NCBI GenBank assembly: GCA_037447605.1
Contig: CM074817.1
Location: forward strand, 1,798,001 to 1,862,000
DNA from: Zygnema circumcarinatum SAG 698-1b
Lineage: Eukaryota; Plantae; Zygnematophyceae
DNA length: 64,000 bases
Direction of reading: 5' to 3'
Of the stretch, positions 46,501 through 58,043 are shown in pieces. Position 1 is the stretch's first letter; each line of letters begins with the position of its first letter. Position numbers and translations under genes: made by a program. The notes beneath the pieces are model-generated. The model saw only the letters and a program-made list of their open reading frames with translations. It had not been told where the DNA came from and searched no databases.

Positions 46501-49500
46501 GTTTGGGCTGAGCCTTGCCACGCTTCCTTACACGCGATCATCATTTCCGTCACGTGAGTCCTCGCGGCGTTGGATCGACGCGGGTGGACGCATCGGGAGG
46601 CGCCCATTGTGGCTGGGCGGTGTGTTGGGTTCAATACCCAGGAGATCATTGATGAGCTGCGGGACTCTGGAGGGAGCCGGCACTCACGGGAGGAGTTTCG
46701 GGGCTGCTCTGTAGGTGACGCTGCTTAGCTCACGCGCCAAGACCTCGGCAAGTGGGCGGACGGAAGGCAGCTTTGTGGAGGGAAGCTCGCATGTGGCCCG
46801 CGGAAGATGAAGAAAGTTTTGAGCTTCATCCGGGCATGCATTTATCCCTTCCTTGAAGTCTGCTCTCGGGCCCTCCTTGCACCAACAATCCTCAACCAAA
46901 GCATCATCAACAAAACGATCAACACATAAGACGAACGCCGAAAGTGGCAAAATTCTTAAAACACCTAATACTAATTCCACCGCTACATTGTTCCCGCGGA
47001 TACCACAAAAGTGGGAGTTTTAAAGGGCAGGGCGGATACCAACCGAGACCGCTAAAACACTTCTCGGCTAAATTCTATCACAAACGATACGCCAATCGAA
47101 AGTAGTAAATCGCGAACGCTGCGAATTCATTCGGGTCAACAGGGCTAACGATACGAAAGTATCGGCCGGCCATCGATGGAAAAGGCAAACCGAAAAGCTC
47201 GCGGCCGAAGCCCGGCCAGCATCGGTAATCGTGCTACCAAAGCCAACAAAGGACCTCCTATGGTCGCCTTTAAGCGGGTCCCGTCGCTAGACTCCAAGGT
47301 CGCTTACTCCACCGCATGCACGCTAAGAGAGGAAAGCGGAGCGGCCTCGAACGAGAATAAAATGTGCTGACAAAAAGGAAAAAGTGGACGCATCAGCAGG
47401 GCCTCTCAGAATCTCGCGAAAAAATCTCATGATCTATCCTACCTTATTAAAAGCTGCTTTGTCACATCAACCTGCAAAACAACCCAATCAGGGTGAAGAT
47501 CCAACATCGCACGAATGCCATGAACTACGGCCTCGCAGCCCCCAGGGGTCGCCACACCAAACTGGTAAGGGGAAAAATGATCCTGAAAGGCCCCTTGTAA
47601 CTGAAAACACATAGCGCGGCAACCAGGCCACACAAAACCTCCTTACGACATGGCCGACTTCTTTAAAAGCTTGGGAGGGCAGCCAGATCGAGTCACGTAA
47701 GAATATGACTCACGGACGAGGGAACACGACCCTGCGATATGACACAAGCAAGCTGAAAAAGCAAACCAAACCCACTATCCCCGGTGTCTGGAGAAAACAC
47801 ATCACGAAGCAACTCATAAACCATGCCCGAAGGCCCCCCTGCAGACAAATGAGGGGAGCGAGTAAGCGCCCGAATGAAAGCGGCACGATCAAGCACAAAC
47901 GAGTCGCAGACTGAGTGTTGATGAAGGAAGGGACACTTGGAAGCGCATCGCATGGGAATTCGAGATGATCCCAAGTGTCGCTGCTGCCGGCGGGATGGCC
48001 GAGCGCTGAGCAGCCAGCATGCCTCCTGAATCGCTGCAATGACTGCCCCGACCATGTTTGAGCGAGGCGTCCGAAGGGAGGGCGGGCGAGTGGCGGCAGA
48101 CGCCGACAGGGCACGAATGCGATCAGCGTGCTCGGCCTGCAAAAGCTCCCAATCCCCACCCAAAAAACGAAGACATCGCCGACGGGTCTCGCGAACGGCG
48201 CTGGCCCCACCACGAGGGGGCAAAATTAAAACCCAAAGGGGGAAAAGAAGAAGGACATGCCAAGCGTAAAGAACATCCGATGGATCACACTAGCACGCAG
48301 CAAGAGGCAAAACGCGCAGCATCACTAACACAACACGCAGCCCTCGATACGAAAGCGTAAAGACGCAGGACGACGGACCCAACAAAACGACCCAAGGACA
48401 TCTAAAGACCGAAAGACACGCCCAAGCAGAAATGGATCTGAAACATGCAAAGCAGGTAGACCTGTGGGCGGCAAAGTGACGGGTAGAGAAGAAGAGGGAG
48501 TAGAAGAAGGGTCGACAATGGGAGGAGGACGAAGAGGACACGCCGCGCAGCATGCGCAGCTCGGACCTGGACGCAAAACAACTCCCATAATGACCACAGG
48601 AATTGGATAGGCCTGGGGCGAGCAGCAGGAGGGGAAGAAGGAAGAGGGGAAGAACGGACAGGAGGGGGAAGAGCAACAGCAGATGACAAGGCAAGGGGGT
48701 GGGAAGGGGAAGGGGAACGAGAGGAGCGACGAAGAGGCATGACGAAGGAGAAGGGAATGGATGAGGGAAGGGAAGCGGGTGGGCGGGGAGGAGAAAGGGG
48801 AGGGAAGGGTAGGGAAGAGAAGGGAAGGGACGGGAAGGGGAGGGAGAGGAAAGGAAAGGAATGGCGAGAGGAATAAGGGTACGGAAAAGAAGGGAAAGGG
48901 GAAAGGATAAGGGAAGGGGATGGAAGGGAAGGGGTAGAGGAAGGGGAGGGAAAGAAAGGGAGAGGAGGCGGGGGGGGGGGAGGAAAGGGAAGGGAAGAGG
49001 AGGGAAGAGAAGGGACAGGAAAGAGAAGAGAGAAGGGAGAAGAAAGGGGGGAATACGGGAAAGGAAGGGGATGGGAAAGGAAGGGAGGAGGGAAAGGAAA
49101 GGAGAGGAGGAGAAACGGGGAGGAAAGAGGGAAGGGAAGGGAAGGGAGAAAGGAAGGGGCGGGGAAATGAGAAGGGGGGGGGGAGAAGGAAAAGGAAGGG
49201 GCAGGACAAACGAAGGGATTGGAAGGGAAGGGATAGGGAAACAGAGGTGGAGGAATAAGGAAAGGAAGGGAAGGGAAGGGACCAGGGAGGCGACGGGAAG
49301 GGAGAAGGGAAACGAAGGAGAAAAACAGCAGAAAAAGGGTGGAAAGGGCATAAAAGGCGAGAGCAGCTCAAAAAGAAGAAGCACAAGGACGAAGAGACGC
49401 AAAGGGGGAGACAAAAGGGAAAACGCAACACAGCAAGACAAGCTACGGCAGAAAATGTCAGAAAACAAGGCGAGAAACGTTAGAACAGAAAAAACCCCAG

Positions 49501-49690
49501 CAAAACAACAGCAAAACAACCAAAAACAAAAAACAAAAAACGAAAAGAAGCACAAACAACAAAAACAGAGCAATGCAGCAAGACACGCGACAGGAAAACG
49601 CAAAGACAACGACAAGAGGCTGCCACGTGGCCGCGGCAGAGGCAGCGGCAGCAGGCGCAACGGTCGGAAGCGACAAACCACGAACCACAA
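40565..49690 (-). mobile_element. CRE-like (RT + zinc finger + restriction-like endonuclease) non-LTR retrotransposon, degraded, interrupted by an LTR element
   Basis: SAGGPSGM.YE.L; SPYQFGVATPGGCEAVVHGIRAMLDLHPDWVVLQVDV (RT); CVCG..DAQGVHLLRCAHGGERNLAHNVVRD (Zn finger); ALMDG..FGDIVLA; FVPMAIEIFG. Candidate ~15-bp TSD aatgttgtytgaacg at 49691-49705 and 40549-40564 (cleaner at 32193-32207). Confidence 0.78.
42138..46887 (+). mobile_element. Complete non-autonomous LTR retroelement (LTRs ~1.6 kb, internal ~1.5 kb)
   Basis: 5' LTR 42138-43749 and 3' LTR 45234-46887 (TGTTG...CAACA). PBS TGGTATCAGAGC at 43752-43763; PPT aagaggggga at 45223-45232; perfect 5-bp TSD ATCCT. No RT or integrase motifs recognised. 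Confidence 0.9.
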
Positions 49691-49928
49691 AATGTTGTCT
49701 GAACGTTTTCTTCACGTATGTCTATTCATGTACGCGTTGTATTGTTCCGTCCCCTGTTTCACACAGGTGGCGCGTCCAGTTCCAGTTCATAAACACCAAT
49801 TCTTTTTCTTTGCTTTTACTTTTTTAAATAAAAAACATTTACAATTCTGGTCCACCGCAGCTCCTTTCCGAGGAGCTCCTCCGAAGCACCAGCTGTGAAG
49901 GGGGGAGTGGCGCCCCCTCCCGTCCGCC

Positions 49929-51104
49929 ATGGCGGCAATGACACGTGGCATTACGCGTGGCATAGACGTCTCCTACAGCGCCAGCTGTATGGCGGCCATT
50001 TGCAGAAAGGTTCCACGTGGAAGCATAAGGACTCGCCACATGGCGAGTGCAGAGACGGTCTGCAGTCTGAGCAGCGCGGAGTACGGCAGCCGCTACAGCC
50101 GGCCCGACCGCTTCCCGCGGCTCAAGAGGAGCTCTGCAGCGCAGCGGAAGGTGGCTCCAGACCTATGGCTGCAGGGCCTGGCGGAGAGCGTGGAGGAGGT
50201 CTGCAGTGGGAGAGAGGCAGCGGGGGTGGCGGGGAGGGAGGGGGGGGGGAGGAGAGAGGGGGATGGGGACGGGGAGGGGGAGGGGGAGGGGGAGAGTGAG
50301 GGAGAAGAGAAGCGGGAGGGAGCGGGAGTCGATGAGCAGCTGCACTCAGCACTACTGAGAGCAGGGCGGTTGGATGAATGTCTCGAACTTCTGCGCTCGG
50401 CGGTTCCCTCTCCCACGGCGGCCATGGCTGCCGTTCAGCCCTTGCAGCTTCTTCCCCTCGAGCGGCGACGGTAAGTTGCAGCCTTTGCTTATTGGGTAGG
50501 GCAGGATTTCTTGAAATATGGAGGAGGAGAGCTTGAGAAAGGAGGTGGGAGGGAATGGTTGCAGGGGAGCTGATCATGTGAGCTTTTTGATAGCAGCAGT
50601 GGAGGTGGGTTCTGTCGACGTGGCGTTTGAGTATGCTGGGACTCTGCCTCCAAACATGACCACATACAATGTGCTGCTGGCTGCATTTCTGCTGGCTGAC
50701 CACCAAGCAGCCATGGAGCTCCCCCTCACAACAGCTCGAGGTCGAGGTCTCTCACTCGACCGGCTCTCATTTGCACTCCTCATGTGCTCAGCTCTGAAGG
50801 TTCGCTCATCAAGTTGACTTCAGAGCCGCCTGCAGATTTAAATGGAGTTTGCTGTTGGAAGCCATGGGTTAAACTGTTTTTTTTTCCTTCGTCTTTTTCC
50901 TTCTTTATGTCTTATTCTCCTTTGTGAGTTGTTTTTGCTCGTGTTGTGCAGAAGGGAGATATGGATGATTCAGAGAAGGTATATCGGGAGGCACTGTGTG
51001 CAGGTGCCTTCCCGGACTCGGTGACCTTTGAGGCCATGGCAAATGCATGCAGGGCACATATCATAGCAAACGAATATGGCGTGGTGACAACGTTACGAAA
51101 ATAA
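49929..51104 (+). CDS. Short pentatricopeptide-repeat protein resembling the N-terminal PPR region of MRL1
   Basis: Exons 49929-50470, 50565-50799 and 50952-51104 with compatible phases. LLRAGRLDECLELL, ADHVSFL, AFEYAGTLPPNMTTYNVLL, G...D..SF..LM....KKGDMD....VYREAL..GAFPDSVTFEAM. Confidence 0.72.
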
Positions 51105-51373
51105 AAGGCACTGCTCCTTTCTGGCATTCATTTGCGCCCTAAGGGAGCATGACCTGAATTCAGAGAGACAACAATCTACATAATTTTTCAGTTTCCAACA
51201 TTTTTTATTCCAAGCAATTTCTGCACATCAATAATTCATATCAAATGAAAGGCTACTTATAATATGGACGCCCACGGAAGCCCCTTCGCTTTTGAACCGG
51301 TTCCCATGTTCAAGTCGGTGAGTAGACGCCTTATGGTGAGTTGACTTCATTGCATCCTTGAAGATGTTTATAG

Positions 51374-54300
51374 TCAGCTTTCAAGACCAGGTTCGGACGG
51401 AGTTCTGGCAGCTTGCTGCAGCTGCGACGACAAAACCATCCCCATCTCAGTCAGTACAATAAGACAAGCTGCAATGGCATGCCCCGGACCCTGCGAAAAA
51501 GCTAAACCTGTGAAACCTTCCCATTAAAATTCAATTATTGTGCCGGTGAAAAGAATTTATCCTGAATCTTCGTACCTTTTTCAAATGCTTCTTATGTAGA
51601 CGGACCGCAAGTCTGCAGACGTCTTTCAGTTCTAAGTGAATCATCGCGTCATTGAAGTCCTGTTCCCCAGAACCCAATCGTCATCACCTCTGTATCGACA
51701 TTCCCAATGTAGCTGCCGTTGTACAGCACTGCAGACATAAGCCCAGAGACGAAGCGGGGGGAAAGGGGAAGGAGGGGGATGAGGAGGAGGGTAGGAGTGT
51801 AGGGGAGTGTATCCCTCCTCACCTTCATGACTTGGTCAAGGGCCTGTGCCTTTGTCAATATGCTCTCTCGTCGCTTCTCCACAAGCGCTGCCACACAATA
51901 TGTGGCCACTCGTTCCTCGGGAGGAGATGCCACTCCTCCGCTGTTTAGGTGTTCTATGGTGTCCCGTCGGTATGCTCCCAGGCCCCTACTGCTACGAGTT
52001 CGCCCCCCAAAATTTGCTTTCCCCTCGCCTGCCTCGAGTGGGCGAACAAGCCCTTCAGGCTCCCTTGAGGGCTCCCAATGAGCTTCAAGAGCTGCTTCAG
52101 ACGCATCATAGTCTGCAGCCCACATCATCTGCATTTCCGATGCAGAATAAATACCACATAAGCCACAGAAAATAACATTTTCAGCTGTGCTTTGCTGAGA
52201 CAAGCATGTTGCTGTAAAGAGGTCTCTGCTGTCTGTCTACGCTTCGAAGCGCAAAGCATCTAATTCAGGCATACCTCCCACATGTATAGGGAATCGGCAA
52301 AGCTGAGCTCCCGTCGAAAGAGAACCATGAGTGTGCGAACTGCAAAGAATAAGCTTCCAGCTCCAATGTCCGCTGCAGGCAGTTCAGTCAGGTTGTTGAG
52401 TTAGACTGGACAAGGATTAAGAGACAAGAGGCATCATAGAGTAGAAAGGAGTAGGGTAGGGGAGGGTTCCCATAGGGTAGAAATGAAACCACTCACTTAA
52501 ATGCTTCATCACCGGTGGGTCCACAGACTCAAGAATGTTGCGGAGGGCATCAAGCTGCTGCTGCACACCAATGCTCGTTTTGTCCCCTTTGAAGTTCACA
52601 CGCTGCAAGGAAAAATGGCGCGAGTCCCATGGGTTGGTTCATTCAGCTATTGATGTACTGGAGAACAAGCTGACTGCAAGTGACCCACTTTGCACTCACC
52701 ACACGCCGCATCAGACGCTCGAAGCACCAAAAAGCATCGCCATCATTGGAAAAGAGCACCACCATTGGTGACATCAGATCACTCATTCCTGCAGAACCCA
52801 AAATCCCTGCCCATCTTTTCAAGAACTCCCTCAACGTAGCCCTTCAAGTCGAAGTCAGGTCTGGATACTTTGCAAAGCTATGAAGCCAAGCATCAGAGCT
52901 TGCAGCACTATCGGAGCTTGCCTTGGCAGTATCCCACGTCATCGTCTAGCCAAGAATAGACAGCAAGTAGGTCCATCAACCGAGCACGATTGCTCTTTTT
53001 CTCGTAAAACTCCAAAGTACGGTCTGTTCGTAAAACATCCACACCTGCTTCACCCAATCCCAATGGCCATATCCACCTTGATCTTCTTTAAATGTAGCCC
53101 AATCCGCATTTCGCACTAGAAATGTGCCTACTTTTCAACCAGACCCTTCAAAGAGCAGAAACATAATGGCTCCTCACGTGTCAGACAGTTACGTCTCGGC
53201 ACAAGACTTGGGAAGTTCAGATTTTTACACCATGCACTCCAGAAAATGAGAAAAAAGGCAAGTGCTATTGAATGCAACCCCACTCAAGTCCACAGAATAA
53301 TTTTTCATATGCCTAAGCAAGGCATCCTCGCAGCCAACTCTCCGCTCAAGGGCTAAATTGATGTTAAGCTATCTCGACAAGTTTAATGAACGAGAAGTCT
53401 TGGCGATATGGTGACTTCTCGAGTATATGTTCAACTGTGGAAGGAAAAATGAAAACATATGCCGTTGTCTCTCAACAAGAGACAACTTCACTATGCCATC
53501 AGCTTGTTGAAAGTGAGGCCGTGGACTCATAAATAGTTCAAGGCCCTGGAACTAGGCTCGTCTCAATGAACATGCTTGATTCATTCAGTTCTGCCCAACG
53601 AAAAACACACTTAAATGATTTGCATGTGATGCAGCAAGTCTTTCTCACGTGCTTGTGTTGCATCACTAGAGTGGCAGAAACTCCGTCAAACAATACGCAT
53701 TGGACCAAATGAGTTGTGTAAGATTGAGTATTTGCATACGGACTCTGCTTGAAGAAGTAAACGGTATGATGGTAACGTAATCTGAACTACCCCAGATACC
53801 ATAATTGCACCCCTGGAAAGAAAGACAAGAAGAGTTGAAAGAAAAGAAGTACTCACCAATTTGGTGCAAAGTCCAGCGCCATTTGCGTGCACGCTCAGAA
53901 AGCTCCAATGTACTGAGCCCACTGTCTTGCAACGACTGGTGAATGCCATCCTGCTCTCTCTCTGCATTCTCCATAGCAGCTCCATTTGTTTCTTCAGAGT
54001 TCCCCCCATCCACATCCCCTTCGTGGCGGTTTCCTGCCTCCTGCGTGCTTTCTTGAACCACATCAGCCACTGTGAAAGAACCGGCCGGAGCTGCCAGTTC
54101 TTGATCGAGAGCAGATTCTGCAGTCCCTTCCTTCTCTCCTGTCTCATTCATTTCCTGCGGTTCCTTGGTATGAACGGAAGGCCTCTCGATGGAGGTTCCA
54201 TCCTCGCGAATCCGCGGGAATTCTACCACCTCTCCACATCCAATTGCCGAATCAATTTTCCGGCACTCCTCCAGTAGCTGAGCATATGCCTCCCTGTCAG

Positions 54301-54971
54301 CACGTCAAACTCAGTTTTCAGAATTTCATGAGTCTCATCTACCCCCTCCCCCCTGTTTCTTACGTCCTCTCCTCCCCGTCGTCACGTTTGGAGAGCCCTA
54401 CCTGCGTTGCAGTCGAGTTCGTCTCCGCTCCGCCAAAGTGCTGGAAGTATCAAAAACGCCCAGAAGAAATTCCCAAACCTCTGGACGGATGTTTGGCTCC
54501 ACTCCCTGCACATCCCATGATTATCACATGACCATCTGAATTCCATTCCAGCTTCCTTATATGACAAAGAGAAGAGTCGCAAGGGATATCAAGCATGACC
54601 CACCCCTTTTTGCACGTGCCGAAGCACACTATCGATGCGCACAAGGCGGCCTTCTTCATCAAAAGCGGCGCGCCAACGATCTGCAGTCAACCTTTTGCGG
54701 ACCTGCAGCAGCAATGCGGGCCCTTACCCTACCCAGTCAGCAAACCCTGACATTTGCTTACAATCTTGAGCACTCTCCTCTACAATAACAAATTTTGCTG
54801 TTCAAATCGTAAAATAAGGATGCATAACCCCACAGGACCACCCACTCTCGGTCGAAAGCGGCTTCCATTGCCGGGCTCCACGTCTACACGCAGAGGGTAC
54901 GCCTCGTCCAAGTCCTCCCTGACACGATCTCCCTTGAATATGGCCCCGCACGTGGGAAGAAGCTCCCCCAT
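51374..54971 (-). CDS. TBC-domain Rab GTPase-activating protein (plant GYP7/TBC1D15-like), multi-exon
   Basis: LTADRWRAAFDEEG; GVEPNIRPEVWEFLLG; WRWTLHQIG.DVLRTDR; GYCQGMSDL.SPM; DAFWCFERLMRR; FAVR.LMVLFRRELSF.DSL..WE; RLHKKHL. Confidence 0.92.
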
Positions 54972-55312
54972 GGAAGCCCTCCCTGCGAGGTAGACACTCC
55001 CTCTCTAATCCTTTCCTCCTCTCCCGCCTTCTCCTCCCCCTCCTCTCTGCAGAGCAGTGTTGCAGGACGGCGAGGAGAGTAAGCAGTTGCCAAGCAAGCA
55101 GGGGTGGGTTGACTTCCGAACCACCGAAAATACGGCTAAGAAAATAAGGAAATTACAGAATTTGAATGTTCAAGTTCTAAATTCTATAAGAAGCCCTTGA
55201 AACCAAGGTTTGACATTACAGCACCAGGCTACTTCAACTTCCTCATTTTTCAGAATGCTCAAATTTAACGTGGCAACAATTGGAAATCATGCAGAGAATG
55301 TCAACTTATTAT

Positions 55313-56256
55313 GGGTAGTGATATTTCCACCCCTTTTTTGGATCCAAACACCCCTTCCCGGCCGGGCAGATTTCAAAAGGGATTAAAAACAGAAAATGCT
55401 TTTTTCACACCTTTTTGGAATCGATACCCACCTTCTTCCGTCTGCTGATTTTATTTTTGCTAACCAAGGAAAATGATACCCCGTCACTGCATTTTGGAAT
55501 ACTGTATCCCGCCTCCCTGAATTTTTTTTTTGAGGGAAAAAAATATCTGCCTGCCCGAATCCGCTCGGAGCGGAAGATCCGTCCACCACGAGATCGTTCG
55601 CGGGTGTACGTCCTTCACACGTGCGTGTCAATCGCATCTGTCGATTTCCCTCGCAGATCGCACCACTGCAGGTCACCGTTCGATCTGCAGCCGGGCTCGA
55701 TCTTAGCGAATGGAAAGCGCCCACGAGTCCCGCCAAAGCCGAATCGCAAGTGCGAGTGCGCGCGTCCCTCGGCCCGAGATCTCGTGCATTCAGCTTTCAG
55801 CCAATCAACATCTGCCACGTGTTAAATTTTGACGTGGAAAACATTGATTGGTCCAAGCTCTCAATGTACAAAATACTGGGTTCCTCAAAGTTGCGACCGT
55901 ACGACATTCATACGGACAAACTTTTGAGACGAGTTTGGCGGGATACGTGGGCACGTGCCATTCGCTGTGACCGAGCCCGGCTGCAGAGCAAATAGTGATC
56001 TGCCGTGTTGCGATCTGAGAGGGAATCGACGGCTGCGATTGACCGCACGCGTGAAAAAAAATTCAGGTAGGCGGGATATTCAAAATGGGGTGATGGGTTA
56101 TTTCCTTGTTTCGCAAAAATAAAATCTGCCGATGGAGGGTCGGTATCGATTCCAAAAAGGTGTGAAAAAGCATTTTCCGTTTTTCATCCTTTTTGAAATC
56201 TGCCTGGCCGGGAAGGGGTGTTTGGATCCAAAAAAGGGGTGGAAATATCACTACCC
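55313..56256. mobile_element. 944-bp non-autonomous DNA transposon with long TIRs (MULE- or hAT-like), 8-bp TSD
   Basis: GGGTAGTGATATTTCCACCCCTTTTTTGGATCCAAACACCCCTTCCCGGCC... is mirrored at the right end. TSD CTTATTAT at 55305-55312 and 56257-56264. Confidence 0.85.
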
Positions 56257-56479
56257 CTTATTATTGTTTCTGTTGTTCAATTTTCTTCAAACACAAACCA
56301 TTCTGGCCTTCAATTGTTTTCTTTCTCAACAACAGCAACAACAACAACAACAACACAAGTTCATATTTGGAGTAGTTTGAAAAAGTCAAAATGAAGTAAA
56401 TTTTTGTTTTAATTTTCTCAACCGTTCTGGTGTTACGTGTGCCAACCAGTAGCGAAGACCGCCACGAGTGCAGTTCGAA

Positions 56480-56960
56480 AGGGGTCTAAACCACAAACTG
56501 AAGCGGCCTTTTGCAAACCAGGTTTTTAGTTTTCGGCAGAGAGGGACGACTTTGAACTTTACACGAGGCACATCCAACGGTTGGATTTTCAACGTGCCTT
56601 AATTTGCAATGGTCACGTCGCAAACCGCTCGCTGCCCGAGCCATCGCTGGGGACATGGACCATTGGGAGCAATGATTCGCCGACCAATGGTTGGCAACCA
56701 TTGCAATTTGGAATGGTTGGCAAAAACCATTGGATGCAACCATTGGCAATGTCGATTCCGTCCGACGCCAATGGTTCGCCAGTCGCCACTATTGGAATGA
56801 CAGCCATTAAATCCAATGGTTGCTTGTGTCGCGAATCAATGGTTGGCAGTCATTGCCAATGGTTGATCCAACAGTCGCCCAAGGCCCCCTAAGGGGGCCG
56901 CAACCATACGCTAGGTCCGAGCATTCAACGACTGTCTCAGTTTCAGTTTGAGTCCCGTCC
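56480..56960. repeat. Internally repetitive, palindrome-rich segment (CAATGGTTG/CAACCATTG motifs), possible MITE
   Basis: Multiple inverted copies such as caatggttggcaaccattg between 56686 and 56870; only weak terminal similarity. Confidence 0.4.
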
Positions 56961-57065
56961 GCATGGAAACCCTAGCCATGACGGGGCGTGACGGCTGCGG
57001 CCGCCACTAAAGCCGCAGCGCCTCTACGTGGAAGCCCTTTTTGGCTCCCGCGACTACGGTATTGC

Positions 57066-57074
57066 AAACCCTAA
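57066..57074 (+). promoter_or_regulatory. Telo-box (AAACCCTAA) upstream of the ribosomal protein gene; second AAACCCTA at 56967-56974
   Basis: Exact motif ~50 bp before the ATG. Telo-boxes are established elements of plant translation-machinery promoters. Confidence 0.65.
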
Positions 57075-57119
57075 TTTTGCTCTCCGCCTGCTGGGAGAGG
57101 CGAGGTCAGCGACACCGCC

Positions 57120-58043
57120 ATGGCCGTCTTCATGTTCATCTGCAAGGAGGACGACGGCACCTGGAACGCCAAGCAGGTGAGTTCTCTCTCGTCTCGGGTT
57201 GAGGTTTTTGTCCTTGAAACGGTCACCTTTAAGCCGATGGCTACCTGGACCGTCTATAAAATGAGTGGATTCGAAGGCGGCGTGGCAAAGAGATGCAGTG
57301 AATTGTGCAGAAATAATGCGCTAGCTTTACTTGAGAAGGGATCGTCTCCTTTAGCTGAGGCTGGCTGCTGAATCGCAGACGAAGAAGGACGGTGATGCCA
57401 ACCTCGAGGCAGAAGCCAGCTCTACTTTTGAGCTTGGACGCAAGCTGGTGAATTTGGCCTTGCAAGAGGCGGGGTCTGGAAGTGTTACGTCGTTCTTCAG
57501 CTACACAACCCCCTCCACGGGGGTGTATGAGGCATGCCCTAATTTCCTATGCACCTCCGAGCTGGAATAGGATGTATTCTTTTACATAAATTGACCCTGC
57601 TTTTGTAGTGTCCGCCCCCACTACAATTCATTTGAACAGCCGAGTCTGGTATGGGGTCAGGTGATTGTTGGAGGTGGTGGCGGAGGCTTTGCTATGGGTG
57701 GTGGAGGTGGCGCTGCAGCTAGCGGAGGCGGTGCCGCTGCCGCAGAAGCAGCGCCTGCGGCTGAGGAAAAAGAAGAGAAGGTTGAGGAGAAGGAGGAGTC
57801 AGATGATGTGAGTACCAACTTGCTTTTGAGCCTAGCATATAAGCACTTGCTTTGGATGTCTTGGCATTGGCAAGGTTAGAGACACAAAGAGAGGCATGTT
57901 GGCTACTTTCGCTGCTAATTTGTTACGTGGGGTTTTAGGACGCTGAGGTTATGTATGTTGTTTCAACAATGTAATGACTATGCGTATAATGACATTGTGT
58001 TTCTCTTTTGCTGCAGGACATGGGCTTTAGTCTGTTTGACTAA
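57120..58043 (+). CDS. RPP3: 60S acidic ribosomal protein P3
   Basis: Exons 57120-57176 (MAVFMFICKEDDGTWNAKQ), 57379-57531 (LEAEASSTFELGRKLV), 57661-57807 (VIVGGGGGG..EEKEESDD) and 58017-58043 (DMGFSLFD*). Confidence 0.92.

Noticed and set aside
48290-49898. Long ORFs of 466, 368 and 345 aa on both strands
   Set aside because: They arise from a purine/pyrimidine-skewed tract that lacks stop codons. The translations are L/P/S/F or R/G/K/E low complexity with no domain.
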